A DNA stretch of 64,000 nt from Octopus bimaculoides (Eukaryota). The notes beneath the pieces were generated by a model. That model ran no database searches. It was not told the DNA's origin and saw only the letters and a program-made list of their open reading frames with translations. Every line of letters begins with the position of its first letter. The stretch's first letter is position 1. The stretch lies in assembly GCF_001194135.2 (NCBI RefSeq), contig NC_068989.1, positions 95,992,462 through 96,056,461 of the forward strand. The letters run 5' to 3'. The position numbers were made by a program, and so were the translations under genes. Below are positions 12,346 to 25,910 of this stretch, one piece after another.

Positions 12346-13630
12346 AAATCCTGTGTGTATTTGTTCACATTTTACTAATCTGTCCAGCATGGTTATCCAT
12401 TGGCCTTAGGAAGTCCAGTCAAGTAGTGATGCCTGAACTGCAGTTGCTAATAGAGGAAACCCCATTAAGGACCTGATGGGGGCAAGTGAAACTGAAGAAC
12501 AAACATCTTCAGCAAGTGACAAAAGAAAAATAAGTGTTTGGAGGCTGGATTTCGTTTCAGTTGCTTTTGGTTTGGTATGGCATTTATTTGGATAAGAGAC
12601 AGGAAATATATAAAAAGAGCATGCTTTGGTGTTGGCCACAAGGAATGCAGACATTTCCTGATAGCATCAGTGTTGCTCAGCTTATTTAGTGGAAATGATG
12701 TTGAAGGAAGTTGTTGAAATTCCTGTGACTTCCAGTTGACCGTTGATGAGGTGAATATCCCACAGCGCAATCTATTCGTAACACTGTCATGGCTTTCAAC
12801 AACAAAAGCAATTCTTGTTTCAACAAGATTAGCTGACACTAATCTCCAACTTTAAGGGGAAAAAGTTAGTTACCCAAGTATTTAAACAATGTACAAATAT
12901 CTTTTACTTGTTTCACTCATTGGACTGCAGCCTTGTTATGATTTTGCCTTCGATAGATGAAGCAAAGAAATCTGGTTCTTATTCTGTTGCTCTCTTTTAC
13001 CAAACTGTAAAGTTGTAGGGATGTTACCAAACCAACACTGGTACTTAAGTATGGTGGAGGATAAACACACATACATGATGGGCTTCCACACAGTTTCTGT
13101 CTACCAAATTTACTCCCAAGGCATTGGTTAATGTGGGGAGGGAGTATAGTAGAAAACTCTTGCCCAAAAGTCTTACTTAACAGGGACTGAAACTGAAACC
13201 ATGGGCTTGCAAGGTAAGCTTCTGAGCCCCACAGCCATGCTTCTTGTGGCTCTCTATGTGTAAAAGTTATTTGATTGTAGCCTGGCGCAGGAATCAAGGG
13301 GTCAGAATGGGATGAAGATTTCAGATGTAGAAATTGTCACAAAGTATGGAAATAAGAATTATCAAGAATATAATATTTGGAAGAGTGTTATTTAAATGAG
13401 ATTTGATTGGCTGTCAAGTGAAAATGTGGAACCTCTCTTAATGGTTAATTTCTCAATGGCTAAACTGCTTACCTATTTAAATTACTAAATATAGTCGAGA
13501 TTTTGGAGCTGGGTTTAGTAAAATAGAATTACATATTAATAAATCACGTTGCATTCTACAGTTTATGAGATTTTAATGAAGCTGTTAATTTTGATTAAGA
13601 ATGGTCTCTGTCAGGCTGGTATTAATTACA

Positions 13631-14378
13631 AGCATCAGAAGTGGTGTGCAGGAGAGACGACTGCACTGATATGGCCATGTGTTGCGTATGGATGAGGACA
13701 GCTGTGTGAAAAAGTGTCACACCCTAACAGTGGAGGGAACCTGTGGAAGAGGTAGACCCAGTAAGACCTGGGATGAGGGGGTGAAGCATGACCTTCAAAC
13801 CTTGGATCTCACGGAGGCAATGACAAGTGACTGATACCTTTGGAGATATGCTGTGCTTGAGAAGACCTGACAAGCTAAGTGAGACTGTAGCTGTGGCCTA
13901 TACCAGTGTCATATAACCAGCTCATTTAAGAGTACCCTTCAATCATTGGGCAATAAACTGTGCTTGTGAAGACTTCTTGAGTCAAGTGAAATCACTGTCA
14001 TTGCTGATGCCAGTACGGCCTGGCTGGCATATTTGCCGGTGGCACATAAAAAGAACCATTTGAGTGTTGTCGATACCAGACCCACCGGACTGCCCTCCAT
14101 GTTGGTGGCATGTAAAAAGCTGCCTGACTGGCTCCCGTGCTGGTGGCACATACAAAGCACCATTTGAGCATGGTCTTTGCCTGTGCCGCTTGACTGTCTC
14201 CCATGCCGGTGGCATGTAAAAAGCACCCACTACACTCTTGGAGTAGTTGACATTAGGAAGGGCATCCAGCTGTAGAAACCTTGTCAGATCAGACTGGAGC
14301 CTACTGGCTTGCCAGTCCTCAGTCAAATCATCCAACACATGTCAGCATGGAAAGTGGACGTTAAAAGATGATGATGAA
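13631..14378 (+). mobile_element. RTE-clade LINE 3' end with complete (GAT)n tail
   Basis: SIRSGVQERRLH*YGHVLRMDEDSCVKKCHTLTVEGTCGRGRPSKTWDEGVKHDL: RTE LRWYGHV..RM and GRP..TW motifs, with several in-frame stops. Confidence 0.9.
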
Positions 14379-14639
14379 TAGAAGGCATAGAATGAATGAC
14401 AGCATTTTTTATGTAGAAAAGTGACTCCCAAGGTGTTCCCTATGGCACACTAGTGTGCAGAAAATATGATAGAATTATAAAGGATTTCTATCATTTACTA
14501 ACATTAAACACCAAAGTGGGAGGTGCAGGTGTAGCTGTGTAACTTAGGGCTTGCTTCCCAAGCAGATAGCTTCATGTAGTTTCTGCTGTTGTCTCTACGT
14601 TTTCCTCTTACACAATCATATTTCTAATAAAATACACAG

Positions 14640-14780
14640 CCTATGTGATTCAATAAATGTAGAAACTCTGCCAGATCAGATTGGAGCCTGGTGCAGCCAT
14701 CTGGTTCACCACTCCTCAGTCAAATCGTCCAACCCATGCTAGCATGGAAAGCAGACGTTAAACGATGATGATGATGATGT
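14640..14780 (+). mobile_element. RTE-type 3' tail, young subfamily
   Basis: tcagtcaaatcgtccaacccatgctagcatggaaagcagacgttaaacgatgatgatg. Confidence 0.8.
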
Positions 14781-14781
14781 G

Positions 14782-15135
14782 TTTCAGTCATTCGACTACA
14801 GCCATGCTAGGGCATCACACTGAAGCGTTTAGATGAGCAAATTGACTTCAGTCGTTAGATTTTAAGTTGATACTTATTCTATCAGCTTCATTTGCTATTT
14901 TGCTAAGTTACAGGGATGTAAGCAAATCAGTAATGGTTGTAAAACAGTAGGGGACAAGCCAAAGACATACAAACATAACAGACGTTGACGCAGTTACCAC
15001 CAACCAAATTTACTCAGAGGCAGTGGTTAGCATGGGGCTCTATTAGAAGACACTTGCCCCAACGTGCCACACTGTGGGACTGAATCCAAAACCAAATGAT
15101 TGCAGAGTGAACTTCTTAAGCAAACAGCCATGCCT
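14782..15135 (-). mobile_element. tRNA-derived SINE, degenerate
   Basis: gtttcagtcattcgactacagccatgct...aaatttactcagagg...gggactgaatccaaaacc. Confidence 0.7.
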
Positions 15136-16366
15136 CCCCACTCCCGGCACTTGTAGAGGTATTCTTCTGAAATCCATGAGATCAATCTTTCTTTAATGAT
15201 TGCATCTAATTAAGATGTGAAGCAATTAATTCCATTTATCATGTTGTCCTCGTCATCAGTTGTTCGGTTTCTGTTCTTTTACGGTGGCCCATGTTGAAAG
15301 GATTTCCTATTCAGCATGTCACCACTCTTTTTAATCCTTTTTTGTTTAGGGATCTCATCTCTGAGGGTTGCCATGCTGTGTTCTGGCTGATATGAAAATT
15401 TGGTTACCATTTCAAGTCATTTCCTTTCAATTCAATTCTATTTATTGTAATTGCATAATGGCACAATGAAAAGTCGCTCTGGAGATAAAAATTGAATCAG
15501 AGAAGCCCTTTTCAAAGACAGAAACAGAATCCATCTGTTTTATTATTATTATTTTTTTATTTCAGTGATGTATTTGCTTGAGAAAAAGAAAGTTTGTAAT
15601 TAAATGATAAATGAAGATTTTCTTTTAGTGAGAAGAACTCTGCTCTTTTTTTGTTTTTAGTCTTAATTGAAAATTATCACATTGCTTCATTTAAAAATTA
15701 ATTAGATAAATTACTTTGAATTGGAAGAATTATTTGATTTCATTAACAAATGGTTCCTCCATCTGTTTTGCAGATCAGTATTGGTTCCTACTTACACATT
15801 GTTGTGTTGATGGTTGAATATTTCACTGATACTTTGTATTGTTAACATGATCCATTGATAGAAGTAGTATGGCAGTGTACAACAACACCATACATACATA
15901 CATGCACTCACATACATACATACATACATACATATATGCACACACACATACATATATACATGTATACACACATAAGAAGGCAATGGACACCAAAAAAAAA
16001 TAACATGAGAGACAAGTTTTAATGACTGTTGTATTAGGTTAACACTTAAAAGTTGGAAAAGACCGCTGACGTTTTGGACAAAACTCTTTCACCAGAAGAA
16101 AGATAGAAAAGAAAATAAAAACAAAAGAGATAACTGAATGAGAAAAGGTGTTATACGTTTATGGCTGAGTTTAGCCAAGTGTAATTTTGAGTTTATAAGG
16201 GAAGGAAAGATTCATGATACTGGCAGAGTATCGCTTTCTCCCATTATAATTATTTTCTGTCTTAAGGATCTGGAAGGTGAAAGGAGCTCACAAGGAGATG
16301 CAATTCAATAATCGTTTATTGGGATTCCCGATCTTGTGTCCCATTCCCAGTGTCCATCTCCATGGC

Positions 16367-16447
16367 AGCGCATGGTTCGCCAGTCCTCAGTCAAATCGTC
16401 CAACCCATGCTAGCATGGAAAGCAGACGTTAAACCATGATGATGATG
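16367..16447 (+). mobile_element. heavily 5'-truncated RTE-type tail
   Basis: ccagtcctcagtcaaatcgtccaacccatgctagcatggaaagcagacgttaaaccatgatgatg. Confidence 0.8.
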
Positions 16448-18146
16448 TATATATATATATATATATATATNNNNNNNNNNNNNNNNNNNNNNNNNNNNNN
16501 NNNNNNNNNNNNNNNNNTATATATATGTATGTTATTATATAATGTGTATGTATTATTATCATTATTATGTAATATGACGTATGTTTGGGATATTCATGTT
16601 TGTTTCCCCCTTGTCCTGACACAAATGTTCTGATTATAAACACAAGTTAACAGTGTCATTTGTTTGCTGTCCTCCACAAAAACATGTCCAGCCTTTGAGT
16701 TGATTGTTGGTCAATGATGTGTGAGAAATGTTACTTTACTCTGAAATGCATTTTGGCAATAAGGAGAGTAACCATTCAGAGCGGCCTCTATATGGTTGCT
16801 AATCCTGCTTGGAATAGCAGTCATATCTTTGTAAAATTGCACCGTAGAGTTGTAACAATGAAAGGATATCCTGAATAATATCCCAGTCAGACCTGATTGA
16901 TTGGGTCACGGATTTACCTGATCAGGTTTGGTACAGAACTAAACAACAACATTTTTGAAACAGAGCTACGTCTGATGGTCATCGAATTGGTTTACAATGC
17001 AAGAAAAGAGGATGACAGGTGATTGAGGTTAATTGGCAATGCAACAACCCCAGCATAGCAGCACCAACATAGCCATTTGTTGCCCTCCTGGAACTCTATG
17101 AGAATATTGTTATTTCTATATAATGAAACATGTTCTATCAGTCTATAAGTATTACTTTAACAAATCACTTCCAAAAATAAATGGCTTCTGGCTGCTGTTG
17201 CTGCTGCTTTTTCTTCTTCTTCTTCTCCATTCCACCTCCTCCACCTCCTTTTTTACCTTCTTCCTTATCTCTCCTCCTCCTCCTCCTTTTCTGTTTCACT
17301 TTCAAAGACGATTCTCATAGAACAATCTAATATGCAATTGGTTACACCCAGCTGTGCATTTCGTGACCTCAAAATCGTTCCATCTTTACAAGTCTTACTC
17401 CATTAGACAAATCCTTTTTTCCAAACATTTTAGGAGTGTTTTTGCTATTGTTGTTGGTTAGGATCTTTTTTTGTTGTTGTTTTGTTGGGGATGGTGGTGG
17501 TGGTGGTGGTGGCTTTGTTAGTGCTATTTCTTTTGAAGTTATTGTTTTTTTTTTTTCGTTTCTTTTAATGGTTCCCTGCGTTTTTTTTTTTTTTTTTTAA
17601 ATATGTGAATTAGTAATTCTTTGTTCCTCAGCAAGCTTTCATTGAAGATGTTTATGCAAAAATAAAATCTGAAAACATTTTCCATTTTCCCAACTGAACC
17701 TATTAGGGAGAAAGTAAACCAAGGAAAGAAACGCTATCTTTTGGTGTTCCTTCCATTCCTGTCTCTCACTTTCTCACTCTCTTCTTCATTTTCCTATTTA
17801 AGTCTCCCCACCCCCACACGCCATATTCTTTTCTCGTCGTCTTCATCATCATCACTTGTCTGCAAATTCCTTTTCCTTCTTCACTTTATTCCGACTCATC
17901 TTTAACTCCACAGTCTTGCTTCAAAACACAATAGCTACCAAGGAATCATTCAATTTGAACATTATATTCACTAATCTATTCCAATTATCTCTACTCTAAT
18001 CCCACATCCTCTCTCACAAACACCAAGAAAGATTATCAATGTTTCTCTTTATTCTTTCCTCCAGTTTTTAATGTTTTGTCATCCTGTTTGAGTTGACTGA
18101 CGATTATAGTATTAAATATTCAACACTCTCTCTGTATCATGAGAAG

Positions 18147-18390
18147 GTTCATGGCCTTGTGGTTAGGGTGTTGCCATCCAAATCACACAATCATGGTTTC
18201 CATTCCCAGATTGGGAGGTGCATTGTGTTCTTGAGCAAGACACTTAATTTCACATTACTCCACTGAGCTGAAAATGAGTGACCCTGCTGTGGACTGATTC
18301 CCATTCAAAGAGGATGCTGTAAGCTCTGTTACTTATACATCACAGAGACTGGGTAGACAGCCTTGGAGTCCTAGGACTTATGACAGAACT
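18147..18390 (+). mobile_element. tRNA-derived SINE with CORE/Deu-like domain
   Basis: tggccttgtggttagg head followed by tgtgttcttgagcaagacacttaatttcacattactcc; homologous to 1969-2290. Confidence 0.65.
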
Positions 18391-20195
18391 TTCTATACCA
18401 TCTTACGAAATCATTTCCTCTTACTGCTTATGATTTCGGTCATAATCAAATCAACAATTGTTTTACAAGTAATATTTGCAGAGGTAAATTAACTGTTTCT
18501 TTTTCTTTGTGTGCAATTGGATCATTGTTGTGTATTTTAATGATCAGTGTTCCACCAGAGTTGGTCCTTACCACTTTTAATCAAGTATTCAGGCGATGAT
18601 GATGATGATCAAGGTGTTTGTTTCTGGTCAAGGGAATGTTATTAATCTCAGGTATAAGAACAATCTCTTCTGCCATTTACTCGGCTCTGCAGTAGATCTC
18701 CCTTAATATGCACAATCTGCTTGAAGGATTATCAAGTTTGCTTCACATTGAGTCTCTGGCTCAATTTCACTGCATGACGCCTTCAACAAGTGCCATTCTT
18801 TGTAACTGTGGTCAACCCATGAGTGACATTGGTGGGGAAACGTAAGCAATGTAGAAGTCCATCTCATGAACTGTGGGTCAAAGGTCAAGCCTTGCCACTC
18901 ATTGTGCCATGCTGACTCTACCTGAGAACTCCATTAAAGATTCACATGTCCGTGGAATCCTCAGCCACTAGCGGCTGATTCAAGGAGCAACTTATCAAAC
19001 AACTCAATGTTGATCATCAAAACTGATGGAGATCCATTTTAGGTTCGATTTTCTTCTTTGAGCCTGGTTTTAGTTAGCTATTTGACCATTCCATTACTGG
19101 AAAGATTTTAAATCTGCTCAAATTACAGACGTTTCTCTTAGCTACCAGTAAGCCTAGTTTTAGTTAACTAAATAAATCTGACATTATCAAAATGGCATTA
19201 AATCCCCTCAGATTTGATCAAATCACTGACATACATCTTCAAAACTAATGTAATCAGCCATTTCACTTCTCTGTAATTAATGATGTAACAATGTTATGGC
19301 AGTTCCCAATCAACACTTGTTTATAGAAATTTACTGTAATTTACGTTTGGTCTTCTTATAAAGAGATTGTCTCTTATCTGAGTAGAGTTGTTATTTTTGT
19401 GCATCCTTATTTCTATCTCGTTGCACTATAAATGCTGTTGAATGGTAAGATTAACCTTTTCACTCATGACATGAAAGAAAAATTGAAAAAATTGAATTCA
19501 AAGAAAAGCTGATTTTAAAAAAATGAGAAACTGTTCTGTTATAAATGCTAAAGGGAAAAACAAAATGAAAAAATAGTGTCTAATTTCTAGGTAGATCTGT
19601 AAACATTTTTTTCTCAGACTTCTTCTCTGTGGTAGAAAATGATATTTCTGAGGAAAAAAAAATTATATATGAAAAGAAAAGAAATTAAGAATAACTTTCA
19701 GAATTGTGGTCTGATGTTATTTATTTATTTAAAAATATAGATAAACAAATAGAAAAAAAAACGAAAATAGAATTTTCTTGCTAAAAGATTACATAATCAA
19801 AAATGGTCTCTTTGAAATCTTATATTTGCTTAAATGATAAAAGATAAACGATATAGCAGTTGGCTTGGTAACACTATTCCAATACACACACACACGCACG
19901 CACTCATGCACATGCATGTATCCCCACAAACATACATGGGAAATATTTTGATTGCCAGATGATCATTGTCACTGAAGACTATTATCAATATTATTATTAT
20001 CATTATTATTATCATTATTATTATTATTATTATTAATAATAATGGTATCTTATGCATTTTCATGTTAACTGAAACAAGTTAGCCATCATATTCTCTTTCT
20101 ATACAACCTGGTCTCTTTAGATAATATCTTTGCTAGGTTCAGTTGCATTATCTGAATGCAGTTATTTATCCTGCACCCATCTTCCTTTGCCTTCC

Positions 20196-20245
<50 letters not shown>

Positions 20246-20403
20246 CTCTCTCTCTCTTTTTCTCTCCTTACCACACTCATTCCTCATCTTTCCATTCTCT
20301 CCAATCTCTTCATTCTTTTCACAGTTCTTTGCTATGCAATGCCATTCAAATATTCTTTTATTCAATTTGCATTATGCACACTTACAACAGTCTGCTTGAC
20401 ATG

Positions 20404-20436
<33 letters not shown>

Positions 20437-20841
20437 GTTAAACTGACCCTCCTCCTCACCACACAAGAACTGGTTTGTACATACCCTTAAAGGTTTTCTT
20501 TTTACCAATAACAAAGACTTCAAATATTTTCTCGGATAAACAGCTTCTAAAAACAATGTCCATGGGACCTTGAGCAAGTTTCTCCCACCTCAGCCCTAGG
20601 CTGACCGCTGCCTTGTGTGTGGATTTGGAAGCCTGTTTATACACGCATGTATAATGTGTGTAGCTACAAAATACATTTCATATCTTTGACTTGTTTTAGT
20701 TACTGGATTGGGACCGTGCTGGAGCACCACCTTCAAAAGTTTAGTCAAGTAAATTGATCCCTGTACTTATTTTTATAAAGTCTGTTATTTATTCTATCAT
20801 TCTCCATTGCTGAACTGCTAAATTTCAGAGACATAAACAGA

Positions 20842-22280
20842 GTGAAAGGGAAGGAGGATGTTTCTTCCTTATATCCCAATATTGATCACGATGAAGGGGT
20901 AGAAGTATGCATGGATGCCTTCAAAAAGTGGTCAAACAAAAGTATTCCATCAAATTTTCTCTGTAGATTATTGAGGTTTGTGTTAGAAAGTAACACAATG
21001 AAGTTTAGACAAAGATTTTACCACCAGACGAAGGGTTGCGCTAATGTCTTCATGACGAAATTTGAGACACAGTTACTGAAGACATTCAAATCCCTTCATG
21101 GTCATGGCTCAATACTCTAGTTACGGTTCATTGACGATGTATTTTTCGTCTGGGAAGGATCACAGAATAGTTTAATGGACTTCTTGCATTTCTGTGACTG
21201 TTATCTAGAAACTATGGCTTTAAGTCCAACATAAAATTTACGTCTAGTTTTTCAAAAACTAGCGTTGAATTTCTGGACACGAAAGTCAAGTTTTCTGGAA
21301 GCAGATTAGTGACAGCGTTATCTTGCAAGCCTACGTCATCCCACATTTATCTCCACTGCCGATCTGATCATCCACATCGTCTTATTCGGTCAAATCCGAA
21401 ATCCCAATTTTTGAGAATAAAACGGATTTGTACTGACATAGGGGATTACTGGAAACATGCAAATGCTTTTGTATATCATTATATCAAACGCGGTTACAGT
21501 GAATCACGTTTAAAGGAAATAGCAAATGAAATAGCTAAGATTAGCAAAGATAGTCAAACCTACGCGCATAATTTTAGCAAACACAATACAATAGATGATA
21601 GAATTCCTTTAGTGATTAGCTGGCACCGACATTTCGCTGGCATTTCAAAAGTGTTGCATGAAAGTTACCAGCTTGTGGCGAAAAAATATCCTCACTTCAG
21701 ACAGATATTTCCTCAGCCGCCCATTGTAGCCTTTAGACAAAATAAGAATATAAGAGAATTATTGACCTCTATATCTGACTCCAAGAAAACGAACATTGGA
21801 GTATCTGCATGCTGTACCTTAAAGAACAGCCACAAGAGAGGTAAGCCCTGTTCATTGTGCAACAACATGAGTGAAGTGAATTCCATTAGAAATCATAACA
21901 GAAATGTTATGATTTATACAGAAGGTGGAACATGTAAAGATTCCCATTTGGTGTACGCTGCAGAATGCATGAAACACAACTTAATTTATGTTGGTTGTAC
22001 AACAGAACAATTAAACAAAAGGTTTAATGGGTACAGATTGGACATCAGGCACAATAACAGTAGTTCAACAGAACTTGCCGAACATTTCGTTTCAAGCGGC
22101 TGGAATTTTGAAGAAGACTTGAAAGTGCATATTCTCAGAAAATATCCTGAATGTACCCCACTTTCACTTCTCAGAATGTATGAGGAGAAATATGTTTGCG
22201 GGTTATTAACATCATGCCCTGGAGGAATGAATAAGATGACAGGAGAATATCATCAAATTTATACAAAACTGTTTGATTAA
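20842..22280 (+). pseudogene. Penelope-like RT/GIY-YIG endonuclease ORF, disrupted
   Basis: TAG at 21118-21120 where W is expected, a frameshift near 21230 and an apparent ~10-codon deletion at GC|ANVFM. The 323-aa segment 21309-22280 is open. Confidence 0.88.
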
Positions 22281-22454
22281 ATATTCTTCTTTCTCTCTTT
22301 TTCATTCCTTTTTTCTTTCTTTTTCTTTTCGCCTGTTATAAAATTGTAACTTAAAAACTGATGATGCCATTTCACCAATGTGTGGATGCTGGTTGCTCTC
22401 GTTCATACTTTATATTTAAATTTCTATAATTTTGAATTTTTATCACTTCTTATT

Positions 22455-22497
22455 TTGAACTTGACAAAGACAGACGTACTGTTGGAATATTGTTCAA
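22455..22497 (+). ncRNA. degenerate minimal type I hammerhead-like motif in the Penelope 3' end
   Basis: TTGAAC|TTGACAAA|GACAG-ACGTA-CTGTT|GGAA TATT|GTTCAA: 6-bp stem I, 5-bp stem II, palindromic AATATT stem III. The core deviates from CUGAUGA/GAAA. Confidence 0.55.
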
Positions 22498-22590
22498 CTA
22501 ATAAAATATCTTACAGTCGAATCGCGCTCTTCATCTTGACTGTTTAACTTTGTGAAGAGTTTTGTCAATCCTTTTTATAATATCAAAATC

Positions 22591-22646
<56 letters not shown>

Positions 22647-22647
22647 T
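22591..22647. repeat. (ATA)n microsatellite at the Penelope 3' end
   Basis: Directly visible. Confidence 0.95.
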
Positions 22648-23959
22648 ATTGTTATTATTATTTAGTCAGGGGTAAAGGGCTGTTCCCATAACTCTGAAAC
22701 TAGTGAAAAGAAAAGAAAGAGAAATTTATTTTCAACCAGGGGATGGCCTGAATGCTTTTTTTAATTTTTTTTTTTTTTCATTTTATTTATTAAAGACGGT
22801 GGGGCAGAATCTGAAAGAAATAGGCTGTTGTTTCAAGCAGGTGCTTCTTATTCCATTGGTTTTCAAAGAGATAGTTTATCATATAGTTTGGAAGTATCCT
22901 TGATCATTTAAAGACTTTCTAAGACTGGTTGGAAGAAGTGGTGGGGGCGGGGCGGTTAGCCTCCATCAAAGACATCATTCAAGTTTTTGTGACAGAGTGA
23001 ATTCTTTCAAAGGCATCGAAGGACCAAGTGACAGTGGACGTTAAACCATACCACAGATCAAGTTCACAATCCTGGACTGCTATTTTATTCCTTGACACCC
23101 ACAAAAAATAAAGGTTGACCTCAGCAGGATTAGAACTCAGAACACAATGCACTAGAATAAATAGTAAATGCTATAAGGCATTTTGTCCAACACTCTAATG
23201 GCTCTGCCAGTTCACCATAAACCCATTGCTTTTTGCATTTTTCTCTTTTTTTTTTTTTTCTTAAAACTGTATTATTTAAGGGAGATTTGGCTGGTGTTTC
23301 CAGTTGACTGGGTAACTGTATAGAATTTCCTACATTAAGCCAGCTCATTTGCAGTTGATGAAGTAAAACACTGGAAATGATTCAATTGACAATATAGTGC
23401 TACTCTACCCACTGACCCCTTCCTAATTTGTGACCTTCAACTAATGTAAGAAATCCTTCTCATTGGATTTATTTCCACTCCCCATTTTGTTTTTGCAACT
23501 GATTAATTGTAAAATCCATAAAAATATTTTATTATTTTTATTTGTTTTATGTTTTTTATATATTCGCTATTGATTTTTCTCTGAAACATCTTAATTCTTT
23601 AATGATTTTGTTTAAAACGATTCTCCAATTTAAAGCCTTCTTTATTTCATTTTATTTATTCTGTTTTTTTTTTGTTTTTTAAATTTTATAACTTATAACT
23701 GGATATTGAGATAATTTTCATCTTTTAGGATGAAGCTTCTAGCAAAGTGTTGCACAGGAAAGTTCGTTAATTAGATTTTAATGTTTGATGAAGATTTTAA
23801 AGTTTTAAATTTGAAATAAATTTGACAATGAACTTCTGTCTCATTGACATTGAAGAAATTTTCCTTGGAAAAGGAAAACTATGATTAATATGAAATCCAA
23901 AATAAAATGTCTGTAAAGTGTGAATAACATTACAAACGTGATTCTTTATTAGTGAGTGT

Positions 23960-24479
23960 GTCTGTGTGTAATGAATGTGGGTAAGCTATGTGTGTGTGTG
24001 TGTGTAATGTAGGTATGTATTTGGGTATATGCATGTGATTTCTATATATTTATTTGTGTACGTGTTAAATTTGTGTTTATGTGTATGTAATTTGATTATG
24101 TATCTGTGTGTGATTCATGGATATATGTGTGTATTTGTGTGTGTACTTTATCTACATGTGTGTATGTGTAATATATGAGTGTGTGTGTGTGTGATTTATG
24201 TGTTTTGTGTTGATATATATGTAATTTGTGTGTCTGTATGTGCATTTAATTAATGTGTATATGTAATTTGTGCATAGCTGTGTGTATTTATATGTGGTTA
24301 TGTATAATTTATGTATAAGTATGTAAATGTAATTTGTCTGTATTTGTGTGTGTGTATATGTAATTTGTATGTGTGTGTGTGTGTAAGATTTGTGAATGTG
24401 TGTGTGTATAGATATATACACATGTGCATATGTATTTTGTTTCTCTGAGTGTACAAGTATATATGCATAACTGGTGTGT

Positions 24480-24520
<41 letters not shown>
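23960..24520. repeat. degenerate TG/TA low-complexity tract ending in (TG)n
   Basis: Directly visible. Confidence 0.85.
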
Positions 24521-24522
<2 letters not shown>

Positions 24523-25149
24523 GTTATTCTTTTACTTGAAATTCCAAATTTCTCCTCACAACAATATCAGTATTTGTCAAGATTGATCATTTAATGGTGA
24601 AACAAAACAAAGTAATTTGCCAGAGGAGGTAGCAGAAAAGAGAACCATTCCATCTGTTTATGTATCAACTATGGGCAGGTCCCTCAAGACATTTTAGTTT
24701 TCATTAAACATTCCCTTACAATTTTACCATTTTCATAACAGACTTATTGGATTTCAAATATAATTTGTTTAATGTTCAAAATCATTGAAACTTTGGAGGA
24801 CTCTTAATTAATTTAGTTGCTGATGCTATGAAAAGAATCTATTTGTTTAAAGCTAGTTCTTGATTTAAATAGATAGAATAATAGATAGAGATGATATTGG
24901 AATGAATAATATTATTTGTGATAGAATATTCAATTCTAAGGAAGAAGAATTGCTAACTTGTTACTAATCATTATTCTGATTTTGTCTTTTAAAAAAGTGT
25001 CCAGTGTTTGGTGAGATAGAATTCTGTATTAGATATTTGTGTCGTGCCTCTGAACACATTGTAGAGCTTGCCTCAGTCTACCTGGCTGATAAAACAGACT
25101 CTGCTTCTATTTCATTGTTGTGTGTTTAGTGACAGGAAGAGTGTCTTCA

Positions 25150-25910
25150 CGTGAACAATGGTCCTTTCAAATTTTGGCAAAAGTAGTTGACCACATCGGT
25201 CCCCGTGCTCAGCTGATACATTCTTTATCAACCCCAGAATTACGATCGACAAAGTTGACCTAAGCTGCATTTGAACTAAGAACATAAAGAACCAGAAGAA
25301 ATAATAGCAATTGCTTGAACAAAAAGCCTCCTCGTTAAGTGAATGTTGAAGACCATATTTATGAGAGATGAACTGGCCGACCCATCAGGACACCAAACAA
25401 AATGAGGTATTTCTCCTGACTCTCTGCATTCTTAGTTCAAATCACACTATGGTCAACTTTGTCTTTCACCCTTCAAAGGTTCAGAAATGAGTTCCTAGTC
25501 TCTTGGATGATTGGTTAGTAGAATCTTGAGAGGAGCATTGGATCAGTTAACTTGTAGGATATATTCTGTCTATCTGTATTCTGAGTTCAAATCACTCTAA
25601 GAACAACTTTGTTTTTCATCTGTTGGGAGTTGAGGAATAAAGTACCAGTCTAGGGTGAGCGATGGGTCCAAATGTTAAAGCATCAACCAAGATGCCTTAC
25701 ATTATTTCTTCTGACAGAATTGTTTCCATACAAAATTCTTAATTGCATTTCTTCTGGCATTATATGTCCTGGGTTCAAATACCGCTGGATTTGAATTTCT
25801 CTTTCATTCTTTCCTGCCCAATTAAATGAGTACCAGCTGACCACTAGGGTCAATGTAATCAACTAACCCCGACCTTTACAATTGCTGACCTTGTACCAAA
25901 ACTTGAATCC
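25150..25910. mobile_element. cluster of about four tRNA-SINE fragments (one minus, three plus)
   Basis: Repeated ttctgagttcaaat...caactttg(t/c)ctttcatc...aagtaccag blocks. Confidence 0.6.

Larger units (their letters stand above)
20841..22590 (+). mobile_element. Penelope-like retroelement, 5'-truncated, RT + GIY-YIG plus 3' pseudo-LTR region
   Basis: RT motifs DVSSLYPNI, *LRFIDDVFFVW and SVEFLDT; KPT..HIYL..RSDHP; then CxxC and VY...IYVG.T..RF. Ends at an (ATA)n run. Confidence 0.92.

Noticed and set aside
12400-12845. 124-aa minus ORF and possible DNA-transposon remnant
   Set aside because: No recognisable domain motifs in any frame examined.
22356-22410. CTGATGATGCC motif upstream in the Penelope 3' region
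   Set aside because: No GAAA or stem II partner follows.
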